A stretch of DNA of 64,000 bases from an uncultured delta proteobacterium. Lineage in GTDB: Bacteria; Myxococcota_A; Polyangia; Palsa-1104. Numbering within the stretch: position 1 is the stretch's first letter; every line of letters begins with the position of its first letter. The stretch covers positions 128,001-192,000 of the forward strand of contig CAWAWS010000006.1 of NCBI GenBank assembly GCA_963785725.1. The letters are read 5' to 3'. Below are positions 48,727 to 64,000 of this stretch, piece after piece. Both the position numbers and the translations under genes were made by a program. Under the pieces are notes generated by a model. It did no database searches. It had not been told where the DNA came from and saw only the letters and a list, made by a program, of their open reading frames with translations.

Positions 48727-49026
48727 TCACTGCGTGTCGGTGTCTGATGGCGTGACCGGCGGCGGCAGCGCGCGATCGGGCAGCGGCTTGGGCGGCGTCG
48801 CCGGCAGCTCGTCCGTCGCCGGCGTGCGATCGGGCGGCAGATCCGAGTCCGCCGGCACCGGCGACGACGAATCCTCCGTTCTCGCCGGCGTCGGCGTCGG
48901 CGCCGGCGCCGCGGCCGCGTAGTCGTTGCCGCAGCCCGTCGGCGGACAGGTCGCCACCATCTTCGTCTGCCCGTAGCCGCAACCCGCCACCGCGACCGCC
49001 AACCACAAGCCCATCGTCCACTTCAT
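48727..49026 (-). CDS. Small Pro-rich lipoprotein
   Basis: Lipobox AVAGC; ATG overlaps the upstream stop. Confidence 0.7.
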   Translation of the reverse strand: MKWTMGLWLAVAVAGCGYGQTKMVATCPPTGCGNDYAAAAPAPTPTPARTEDSSSPVPADSDLPPDRTPATDELPATPPKPLPDRALPPPVTPSDTDTQ

Positions 49027-49427
49027 GGCGTCTCCTCGAGAGCGAACGTCAACTGACCTTGGGCGATCAGGCGCTCACCGACGAACGCTGTGCAGTCGAA
49101 GCGGTGCAATCGACCCAGCACCGCTTGCCGTACGGCCACGAGCCGTAGTGTCTCACCGGCGCGCGCTCGCTCTCTTGGATGAAACTGCGTCGCGGCCACG
49201 AGAAGTCCAGTGTGACGACCGAGCGCCTCGGTGGCCAAGCAAGCGGCCGCCTGTGCCAGCGCCTCGAGCACGAGAAAGTCGGGCAGCTCGAGCGTCGCGC
49301 GCACGAGCAGCGGGTCATCGGCCGCCAGCAGCTTGTGCGCCTCGACGGTCGTCTCCGTTTTGGCGACCACGCGATCGACCAGCAGCCACGGCGGACGATG
49401 CGGCAGCAGATCGATCGTCGTCCCCAT
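49023..49427 (-). CDS. FabZ/ApeP-like hotdog-fold dehydratase
   Basis: LLPHRPPWLLVDRV, LEALAQAAA, GETL; the FabZ GHFP motif is absent. Confidence 0.82.
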   Translation of the reverse strand: MGTTIDLLPHRPPWLLVDRVVAKTETTVEAHKLLAADDPLLVRATLELPDFLVLEALAQAAACLATEALGRHTGLLVAATQFHPRERARAGETLRLVAVRQAVLGRLHRFDCTAFVGERLIAQGQLTFALEETP

Positions 49428-49460
49428 GCGTGGCAGTGAATAGCATGTTAAATTTTGCCG

Positions 49461-49853
49461 ATGACCACGATTGCGCTCGAGTCGCGTGCGCGCGAGCAGC
49501 TGCTCGACATCACCGACGAGGTGCGCAAGCTCGTCGGCCAAGTCAACGTCAAGACGGGCGTCGTCTGGCTACACTGTCCGCACACGACCGCGGCGCTGAC
49601 GATCCAGGAAAATACCGATCCGGCGCTGCGCAAAGACTACTTGGAGCATCTGGCGAAGCTCGTGCCGCAGCCCGGCTTTCGTCACGACGAGGGCAACGCC
49701 GACGCGCACATCAAGTCGTCGCTCATCGGCACGACTCAGCCGGTGCTCATCGACGACGGCGAGCTCGTGCTCGGCCGCTGGCAAGCGATCTATTTCGTCG
49801 AGCTCGATGGACCGCGTCATCGTCAAGTCCTGGCCCGCGTCGAAGGTCAATGA
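49461..49853 (+). CDS. yjbQ: YjbQ/UPF0047 family protein
   Basis: PHTTAALTIQEN, GNADAHIKSSL, LGRWQAIYFVELDGPR. Confidence 0.93.
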   Translation: MTTIALESRAREQLLDITDEVRKLVGQVNVKTGVVWLHCPHTTAALTIQENTDPALRKDYLEHLAKLVPQPGFRHDEGNADAHIKSSLIGTTQPVLIDDGELVLGRWQAIYFVELDGPRHRQVLARVEGQ

Positions 49854-49854
49854 A

Positions 49855-51006
49855 GTGAAACACGCTCTAGTTTTTGCGTTGCTGCTCGGCGGCTGCGCGC
49901 ATCATCAGCCGATCGCGACGAAGCCGCCGGAGCGGCAGATCGCCATGGACCCCGTGCTGTTTCACGCGCAGCCGAGCGGCAACGTCGAGCTCGTCGATCC
50001 GGCGGCGCAGTTCGAGCGCGCGAACCAGCAATTCCGCGACAAGCAGTTCGCCGAGTCGGCGGCGTCGTTCGAGCGCATCGCGCACGACTATCCCGACTCG
50101 CACTTCGTCGTGCCCTCGCTGTACAACGCCGGCCTCGCGCTCGAGCAGGCGGGCGACTTGGGCGCCGCGATCGAGCGCTATCGCCGCATCACCGTCGAGC
50201 ACCCCGACGACAAGGACATCCTCGACGCCTGGTTTCGCATGGGCCGCATCCAAGCCGACGCCAAGCGCTTCACCGACGCCACGCAGACCTGGAACGAGGT
50301 GCTGGCGCGCAAAGATCTCGCCTTCGCCGATCGGCTGGAGGCGATGGCCCGGCGCGGCTACGCGCTCTTCGCGCAAAAAGATCTGATCCCGGCCGAGCGA
50401 ATGTTTCGCGAGCAGCTCGCCTACTACAAAGCGCACGAATCCGAGGAGCGCCTCGACTCCGACTTCTTCCTCGGCATGAGCGCCTATTACTTGGGCGAAG
50501 TGGCGCACGAGCAATATCGCGCGCTGCCCGTTCGCCTGCCCGAGAAGCAAATGTCGCGCGATTTAGAGGCCAAGGCGCGCCTCTTGCTCGTGGCCCAGGC
50601 GCGCTTCGTCGATGCCATGCGCGTCAACAACAGCGAGTGGGCGACGGCGGCCGGCTTCCAGATCGGCTCGCTCTATCGCGAATTCTATGACGATCTGGTC
50701 GGCGCACCGATTCCGCCGTCACTGAACGGAGAAGCGCGCGAAGTTTATCTCGATGAGGTAAAGAAGCACGTGCGCACGCTCTTGCAGAAGGCGATCAGCG
50801 TGCACGAAAAGAACATCATGATGGCCGAGCGCGTAGGCGAGAAGAACGACTGGGTGCGTCGATCCAACGAGCAGATGGATCAGCTGCGCAAATTGCTCGT
50901 GCCCGGTCCGGTTCCGCCCGTCGATGCCGCGCCCGCGCCGTCAGCGACGCCGGCGACGCCGATTCCGCGCCCCCGCGACGAGGTCCATGCCCCGGTGATG
51001 ATGTGA
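49855..51006 (+). CDS. TPR lipoprotein
   Basis: Lipobox LLGGC; BamD/YbgF-like TPRs (YPDS..SLYNAGLALE). Confidence 0.85.
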   Translation: MKHALVFALLLGGCAHHQPIATKPPERQIAMDPVLFHAQPSGNVELVDPAAQFERANQQFRDKQFAESAASFERIAHDYPDSHFVVPSLYNAGLALEQAGDLGAAIERYRRITVEHPDDKDILDAWFRMGRIQADAKRFTDATQTWNEVLARKDLAFADRLEAMARRGYALFAQKDLIPAERMFREQLAYYKAHESEERLDSDFFLGMSAYYLGEVAHEQYRALPVRLPEKQMSRDLEAKARLLLVAQARFVDAMRVNNSEWATAAGFQIGSLYREFYDDLVGAPIPPSLNGEAREVYLDEVKKHVRTLLQKAISVHEKNIMMAERVGEKNDWVRRSNEQMDQLRKLLVPGPVPPVDAAPAPSATPATPIPRPRDEVHAPVMM

Positions 51007-51012
51007 AACTCC

Positions 51013-51041
51013 TTGACTCATTCCATATCCTGATCTATCAA
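51013..51041 (+). promoter_or_regulatory. Putative sigma70 promoter of the tRNA-tuf operon
   Basis: TTGACT-N17-TATCAA in an AT-rich tract upstream of tRNA-Thr. Confidence 0.5.
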
Positions 51042-51098
51042 ATCCTCCTTTTAAAATAAGCCAAGAGGCACACTGCGAACGAAAGACGTTTTGAATTC

Positions 51099-51171
51099 GC
51101 TGGCGTAGCTCACTTGGTAGAGCAGCTGACTTGTAATCAGCAGGTAATGGGTTCGATTCCCATCGCCAGCT
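51099..51171 (+). tRNA. tRNA-Thr(TGT)
   Basis: Cloverleaf GCTGGCG...CTGAC-TTGTAA-TCAG...GGTTCGATTCC...CGCCAGC; no encoded CCA. Confidence 0.95.
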
Positions 51172-51206
51172 CTTTGAAATTAAAGGTAGTAAGTAACAGC
51201 TCGTCG

Positions 51207-51288
51207 GGAGGGGTTCCCGAGCGGCCAAAGGGAGCAGACTGTAAATCTGCCGGCATTGCCTACGAAGGTTCGAATCCTTCCCCCTCCA
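51207..51288 (+). tRNA. tRNA-Tyr(GTA)
   Basis: GGAGGGG...GCAGA-CTGTAAA-TCTGC, long variable arm, GGTTCGAATCC. Confidence 0.95.
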
Positions 51289-51500
51289 CGAAGCAGTAGC
51301 AACAAGCGTCAGGAAGCGTTACTTAGCAGGGCTGCGGTATCGAGTTTGGTTGTAGGAAGGCGACATCGACGGGCAGTACAGGGCTGCGATATCGGGTGCA
51401 GATCGGCGCGCACCCCCGCAGTGACCGAGGGAGCGGGCTCGTGCCCGTGACCGAGGGAGCGAGGAGGTACGCGACGAGATGCGCCCGAGAGCGCAGCCAT

Positions 51501-51573
51501 GCGGGTGTAGCTCAGTTGGTAGAGCTCTAGCCTTCCAAGCTAGACGTCGCGGGTTCGAGCCCCGTCGCCCGCT
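51501..51573 (+). tRNA. tRNA-Gly(TCC)
   Basis: GCGGGTG...CTAGC-CTTCCAA-GCTAG...GGTTCGAGCCC. Confidence 0.95.
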
Positions 51574-51648
51574 CTGATGTGGTATGCAGCGAAACGCTAC
51601 GGTTTCAGGCACCACATTTTGGCGAAGTAACAAAGTTAACTAAGATTT

Positions 51649-51721
51649 GCCCACGTAGCTCAGTTGGTAGAGCACGTCCTTGGTAAGGACGAGGTCTGCG
51701 GTTCAATCCCGCACGTGGGCT
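51649..51721 (+). tRNA. tRNA-Thr(GGT)
   Basis: GCCCACG...GTCCT-TGGTA-AGGAC...GGTTCAATCCC...CGTGGGC. Confidence 0.95.
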
Positions 51722-51755
51722 CAGTCAAAAATTTTCGAGCGAGAGGACATCGGTC

Positions 51756-52952
<1,197 letters not shown>

Positions 52953-53008
52953 CTCGTCCCGCTTCGCGTAACTGGTTTTTCCGAAATTCTGAGGTAAAGA
53001 GGTAGCTC

Positions 53009-53170
53009 ATGGCCCGTGGAAATCGCGCTCTCGTCACGCTCGAATGCACTGTGTGCCGCGAGCGTAACTACAACACCAATAAGAACAAACGGACGACTCC
53101 GGACAAGCTGGAGTTCTCCAAGTATTGCTCGCGCTGCCGCAAGCACCATCCGCACAAGGAAACGAAGTAA
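53009..53170 (+). CDS. rpmG: 50S ribosomal protein L33 (Zn-binding C+ form; not in the ORF track)
   Basis: [53 protein letters not shown]. Confidence 0.96.
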   Translation: MARGNRALVTLECTVCRERNYNTNKNKRTTPDKLEFSKYCSRCRKHHPHKETK

Positions 53171-53302
53171 GCAGTACGAAGGCTGACAAGCTGGCCTTCT
53201 GGCGAGGCGACAAGGAGCGAAAGCGAAGGAGCGCACTCTATTGCGTGACTGAGCTGAGCGACGAAGGCAACGAAGCCAGAAGGACAGATCGTCAGCCGAT
53301 CT

Positions 53303-53376
53303 AGGCCAGTAGCTCTAATTGGTAGAGCAGCGGACTCCAAATCCGCGGGATGGGGGTTCGAATCCCTCCTGGCCTG
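53303..53376 (+). tRNA. tRNA-Trp(CCA)
   Basis: AGGCCAG...GCGGA-CTCCAAA-TCCGC...GGTTCGAATCC...CTGGCCT. Confidence 0.95.
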
Positions 53377-53467
53377 CTGCCCCCCGGAAGATGTAGCGGC
53401 GAGCTGAGCGCGAGCTCGACGAGAAAACTCCGCCGAACGCAGTAACGGTGGATTGCCCGGAGAGAAA

Positions 53468-53821
53468 ATGGAACGGAAGTGGGTCCACGTCATGTTCGCA
53501 GTCGCCGGCATTCTGCTGGCGTGGCTGCTCTCCAAGTGCGGAGAGTGGGCGTGGAGCTATTTCGGCCGGCCGAACGGTTTTTACGTCGGCGCCGGCTCGA
53601 TTCTCGTCGCTGGCGTCGCCACGTACATCTGTTGGAAGAACGAGCAGATCTTTGCGCTCGCCAACGAGGTCACGACCGAGCTGAGCAAGGTCACCTGGCC
53701 GACCCGCAAAGAGACGGTGAGCTCCACGATCATCGTGATCATCACGACCATCGTCGCCGCGCTGCTGCTCGGCCTCTTCGATGCGACGTGGTCTTGGGTC
53801 ACCCGCATGATTTATGGGTAA
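53468..53821 (+). CDS. secE: Preprotein translocase subunit SecE (3-TM form)
   Basis: [13 protein letters not shown] motif; synteny. Confidence 0.93.
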   Translation: MERKWVHVMFAVAGILLAWLLSKCGEWAWSYFGRPNGFYVGAGSILVAGVATYICWKNEQIFALANEVTTELSKVTWPTRKETVSSTIIVIITTIVAALLLGLFDATWSWVTRMIYG

Positions 53822-53867
53822 TCAAACGATGGAATCGATCACCACCGGCGAGCGGGAAGGCAAGTCA

Positions 53868-54395
53868 ATGGCGATGAAGTGGTACGTGGTCCACACTTAT
53901 TCGGGCCACGAGAACAAGGCGCGCTTGTCCCTGCAGGAACGGGTCAAGCAGATGAATAAGGACGCCCAGTTCGGGCAGGTTCTTATTCCGACCGAGTCCG
54001 TTCTCGAGATGGTCAAAGGTCAGAAGCGCACCACCACGCGCAAATTCTATCCGGGCTACATGTTCGTCCAGATGGAGCTGAGCGAGGAGACCTTCCACCT
54101 CGTCAAGAACACGCCCAAGATCACCGGCTTCCTCGGCGGCACCAATCCCACGCCGGTGCCGGAAAAGGACATCGCCGCGATCAACTCGCAGATGTCCGAC
54201 GGTGCGCAGAAACCCAAGCCGCGCATCAGCTTCGAAGAAGGCGAGAACGTTCGCGTCATCGAAGGCCCCTTCGCCAACTTCTCCGGTCTGGTCGAAGAAG
54301 TGAAGCCGGAGAAGCAAAAATTGCGCGTCCTCGTCAGCATTTTCGGACGCGCAACTCCGGTCGAGCTCGATTTCGCCCAGGTCGAAAAAGCCTAA
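53868..54395 (+). CDS. nusG: Transcription termination/antitermination factor NusG (in-frame upstream starts at 53814 and 53829)
   Basis: [27 protein letters not shown]. Confidence 0.97.
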   Translation: MAMKWYVVHTYSGHENKARLSLQERVKQMNKDAQFGQVLIPTESVLEMVKGQKRTTTRKFYPGYMFVQMELSEETFHLVKNTPKITGFLGGTNPTPVPEKDIAAINSQMSDGAQKPKPRISFEEGENVRVIEGPFANFSGLVEEVKPEKQKLRVLVSIFGRATPVELDFAQVEKA

Positions 54396-54502
54396 CCCTC
54401 CACTTCATGGGAGCTTCGAAGCGGGTGAGAGCGCGCCCGTGACGATTCTCCTTGCAATTTTAGTGGAATTGGTCCAATAAAGCCGCTCCCCAAGGGTGCG
54501 TC

Positions 54503-54928
54503 ATGAAGAAGATTACAGGTCTCATCAAGTTACAAGTTCCGGCGGGTAAGGCAAACCCGTCGCCGCCGGTCGGCCCCGCGTTGGGTCAGCACGGCGTGAA
54601 CATTATGGAATTCTGCAAGGGCTTCAACGCCCGCACCCAAGCGCAGATGAAAGACGACCTGATCATTCCGGTCGTCATCACGGTCTATAACGATCGTTCG
54701 TTCACCTTCATTACGAAGACGCCGCCGGCGGCGATCCTTCTGAAGAAGGCCGCGAAGATCGAAAAGGGCTCGGGCGAGCCGAACAAGAACAAGGTCGGCA
54801 AGGTGACCAAAGCTCAGGTGCGCGAGATCGCGCAGCTGAAGCTGCCCGACCTGAACACCACCAATCTCGAGTCGGCGATTCGCACTGTCGAAGGTGCCGC
54901 CCGCTCGATGGGTCTCGAGGTCGTTTAG
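54503..54928 (+). CDS. rplK: 50S ribosomal protein L11
   Basis: [26 protein letters not shown]. Confidence 0.98.
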   Translation: MKKITGLIKLQVPAGKANPSPPVGPALGQHGVNIMEFCKGFNARTQAQMKDDLIIPVVITVYNDRSFTFITKTPPAAILLKKAAKIEKGSGEPNKNKVGKVTKAQVREIAQLKLPDLNTTNLESAIRTVEGAARSMGLEVV

Positions 54929-54930
54929 CC

Positions 54931-55644
54931 ATGGCGCACGGCAAGAAATACAAAGCGGCGGATTCGAAGGTCGACCGCGAGCAGAAGTACTCGATGGACG
55001 CGGCCTTCACGCTGCTGCCGGAGATGAAGATCTCGCAGAAGTTCGACGAGACCGTCGACCTGGCGATTCGTCTCGGCGTCGATCCGAAGCACGCCGATCA
55101 GATGGTGCGCGGCGCCGTCAACCTGCCGCACGGCACGGGCAAGACCACGCGCGTCATCGTCTTCGCCAAGGGTGACAAGGCGAAAGAGGCGCAGGACGCG
55201 GGCGCTGACGCCGTCGGTGCGGAAGACCTCGTCGACCGCATTCAGAAGGAAAACTGGCTCGACTTCGACTCGGCCGTCTCGACGCCGGACCTCATGGGTC
55301 TCGTCGGTCGTCTCGGTCGCGTCCTCGGTCCGCGCGGCCTCATGCCGAACCCGAAGGTCGGCACCGTGACCTTCGATGTCGGCAAGGCGGTCCGCGAGCT
55401 CAAGGGCGGTCGCGTCGAGTTCAAGGCCGAGAAGGCGGGCGTCGTTCACGCGCGCATCGGCAAGATTTCGTTCGGTGGCGACAAGCTGCGCGACAACGCG
55501 TGGTCGCTGCTGGAGCTGATTTACAAGCTCAAGCCGGGTACGGCGAAGGGCACGTACCTGCGGTCGATTGCAGTTTCGACCACGATGAGCCCGAGCATCA
55601 AGATCGACGTCAACGAGATCCAGGCGAAGTTCACGGAAGCTTAA
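54931..55644 (+). CDS. rplA: 50S ribosomal protein L1
   Basis: [32 protein letters not shown]. Confidence 0.98.
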   Translation: MAHGKKYKAADSKVDREQKYSMDAAFTLLPEMKISQKFDETVDLAIRLGVDPKHADQMVRGAVNLPHGTGKTTRVIVFAKGDKAKEAQDAGADAVGAEDLVDRIQKENWLDFDSAVSTPDLMGLVGRLGRVLGPRGLMPNPKVGTVTFDVGKAVRELKGGRVEFKAEKAGVVHARIGKISFGGDKLRDNAWSLLELIYKLKPGTAKGTYLRSIAVSTTMSPSIKIDVNEIQAKFTEA

Positions 55645-55667
55645 GCACCGCCTAAGATCGAAGTCGC

Positions 55668-55720
55668 GTCGAAGACAGCAGGGGCGCACCCCGCGCTTAA
55701 TTCGATTGGCCCTGCCGAGA
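55668..55720 (+). promoter_or_regulatory. L10 ribosomal protein leader (autoregulatory RNA)
   Basis: GTCGAAGACAGCAGG...TTAA...CCTGCCGAGAC between rplA and rplJ. Confidence 0.75.
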
Positions 55721-55736
55721 CAGGAGTGAAGAGAAA

Positions 55737-56267
55737 ATGGATCGCGTCACCAAAGAGGCACAGGTTAGCGAGCTGAAGGACAAGCTCGGCCGCGTCTCGT
55801 CGATCGTGCTCGCCGACTATCGTGGGCTCGACGTCCCGACCGTCACCGGTCTGCGCGACGAGTTCCGCAAAGTGCAGTGCGAGTACAAGGTCTTCAAGAA
55901 CACGCTCGTGAAGTTGGCGATCAAAGGCACCAAGCTCGAGGGGATGTCGCAGTACCTCGAGGGCCCGACGGCGATGATCCTCTCGTACGAGAGCCCATCG
56001 GCGCCGGCCAAGGTGGCCACGACGTTCGCCAAGACTCAAGAGAAGTTCGTCCTCAAGGGCGGCTACTTCGATGGCACGGTTCTCGACGTCAAAGGACTCG
56101 AGGGTCTGGCCACCATGCCCGGCAAGGACGAGCTACGGGCCAAGCTGTTGGCGACCTTCCAGGCGCCTGCGACGGATCTCGTGCGTACGCTTTCCGCGGG
56201 CGCGCAAAACTTCATGTACTTGCTGTCGGCCAAAGAACGTGCGGCCGGTGGCGAGGCGACCAAGTAA
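55737..56267 (+). CDS. rplJ: 50S ribosomal protein L10
   Basis: DYRGL..LR..KVFKNTL, GPTA; synteny. Confidence 0.96.
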   Translation: MDRVTKEAQVSELKDKLGRVSSIVLADYRGLDVPTVTGLRDEFRKVQCEYKVFKNTLVKLAIKGTKLEGMSQYLEGPTAMILSYESPSAPAKVATTFAKTQEKFVLKGGYFDGTVLDVKGLEGLATMPGKDELRAKLLATFQAPATDLVRTLSAGAQNFMYLLSAKERAAGGEATK

Positions 56268-56284
56268 AGGAACGGAGAAAGACT

Positions 56285-56674
56285 ATGGCCGAAGTGAACA
56301 TTGAAACGATCATCGATTCGCTCTCGAACCTCACGGTCATGCAGATTGCTGACCTGACCAAGAAGCTCGAGGAGAAGTGGGGCGTCAAGGCGGCTCCGGT
56401 TGCGGTTGCGGCCGCGGGCGGCGGCGGCGGTGGCGCGGCTGCTCCGGCGGCGGCGGCTGAGCAGACGGAGTTCACCGTCATCCTCGCCAACGCGGGCGGC
56501 AACAAGATCCAGGTCATCAAGGCGATCCGCGAGATCACCAGCCTGGGCCTGAAGGAAGCGAAGGACCTCGTCGACGGCGCGCCGAAGGAGATCAAGGCCG
56601 GCGTCTCGAAGGACGACGCGGAGAGCATCAAGAAGAAGATTGCTGAAGCTGGCGGCACCGTCGAAGTCAAGTAA
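56285..56674 (+). CDS. rplL: 50S ribosomal protein L7/L12
   Basis: [31 protein letters not shown]. Confidence 0.97.
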   Translation: MAEVNIETIIDSLSNLTVMQIADLTKKLEEKWGVKAAPVAVAAAGGGGGGAAAPAAAAEQTEFTVILANAGGNKIQVIKAIREITSLGLKEAKDLVDGAPKEIKAGVSKDDAESIKKKIAEAGGTVEVK

Positions 56675-56744
56675 AACCGAGCGAAAAGGTCGACGATCTA
56701 TCGCTCGCGTGTCATAGCAGTAGCTTTCGTGAGGCCGTGCGTTG

Positions 56745-56775
56745 GGCCCAAAGGGATGATCTCGCCCTTTGGGCC
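56745..56775 (+). promoter_or_regulatory. Hairpin in the rplL-rpoB intergenic region
   Basis: GGCCCAAAGGG-N9-CCCTTTGGGCC perfect 11-bp stem. Confidence 0.55.
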
Positions 56776-56815
56776 TTGCGCGCTTTCCCGGCAGGCCACA
56801 AGTGAAAGGGTCTAA

Positions 56816-60993
<4,178 letters not shown>

Positions 60994-61041
60994 ATGGTTC
61001 GCGACGATGCTCTGACGGTCCAAGACTTGAGAGCGTAACAC

Positions 61042-64000
<2,959 letters not shown>

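Overview
High-GC chromosomal window from a Myxococcota/Polyangia-like bacterium, inferred from the FHA-sigma54 activators, kinase-PEGA protein, TIGR02266 domain, AgmX/PglI-type C-terminal domain and bactofilin. The left ~51 kb mixes housekeeping genes (queC, pcnB, rnr, dgt, yhhQ, a sulfonate/nitrate-type ABC transporter, pyrE, gshA, alaS, a pilT paralog, hpt, upp, yjbQ) with signalling and envelope genes. The right end is the canonical tRNA(Thr-Tyr-Gly-Thr)-tuf-rpmG-tRNA(Trp)-secE-nusG-rplKAJL-rpoB-rpoC cluster. alaS, rpoB and rpoC carry many indels that look like sequencing or assembly errors. I found no CRISPR array, transposase, integrase or prophage. The most unusual content is a set of apparent pseudo-enzyme signalling modules. 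(1) A dead Ser/Thr kinase is coupled to an FHA-sigma54 activator. (2) A truncated, His-less GAF-enzyme I(Ntr)-like protein lies divergent from the ABC operon. (3) A putative sigma54 operon encodes a 55-aa Cys/His microprotein (missed by the ORF track) and a degenerate GH57-like protein. (4) An IrrE-like zincin has HLFGH in place of HExxH. Also notable are tandem Asr-like secreted proteins behind a sigma54-like promoter, a stand-alone EF-Tu domain II-like protein coupled to hpt, a GT2-lipoprotein fusion, and many probable leaderless genes. All family calls come from motif recognition by eye; no database searches were run.
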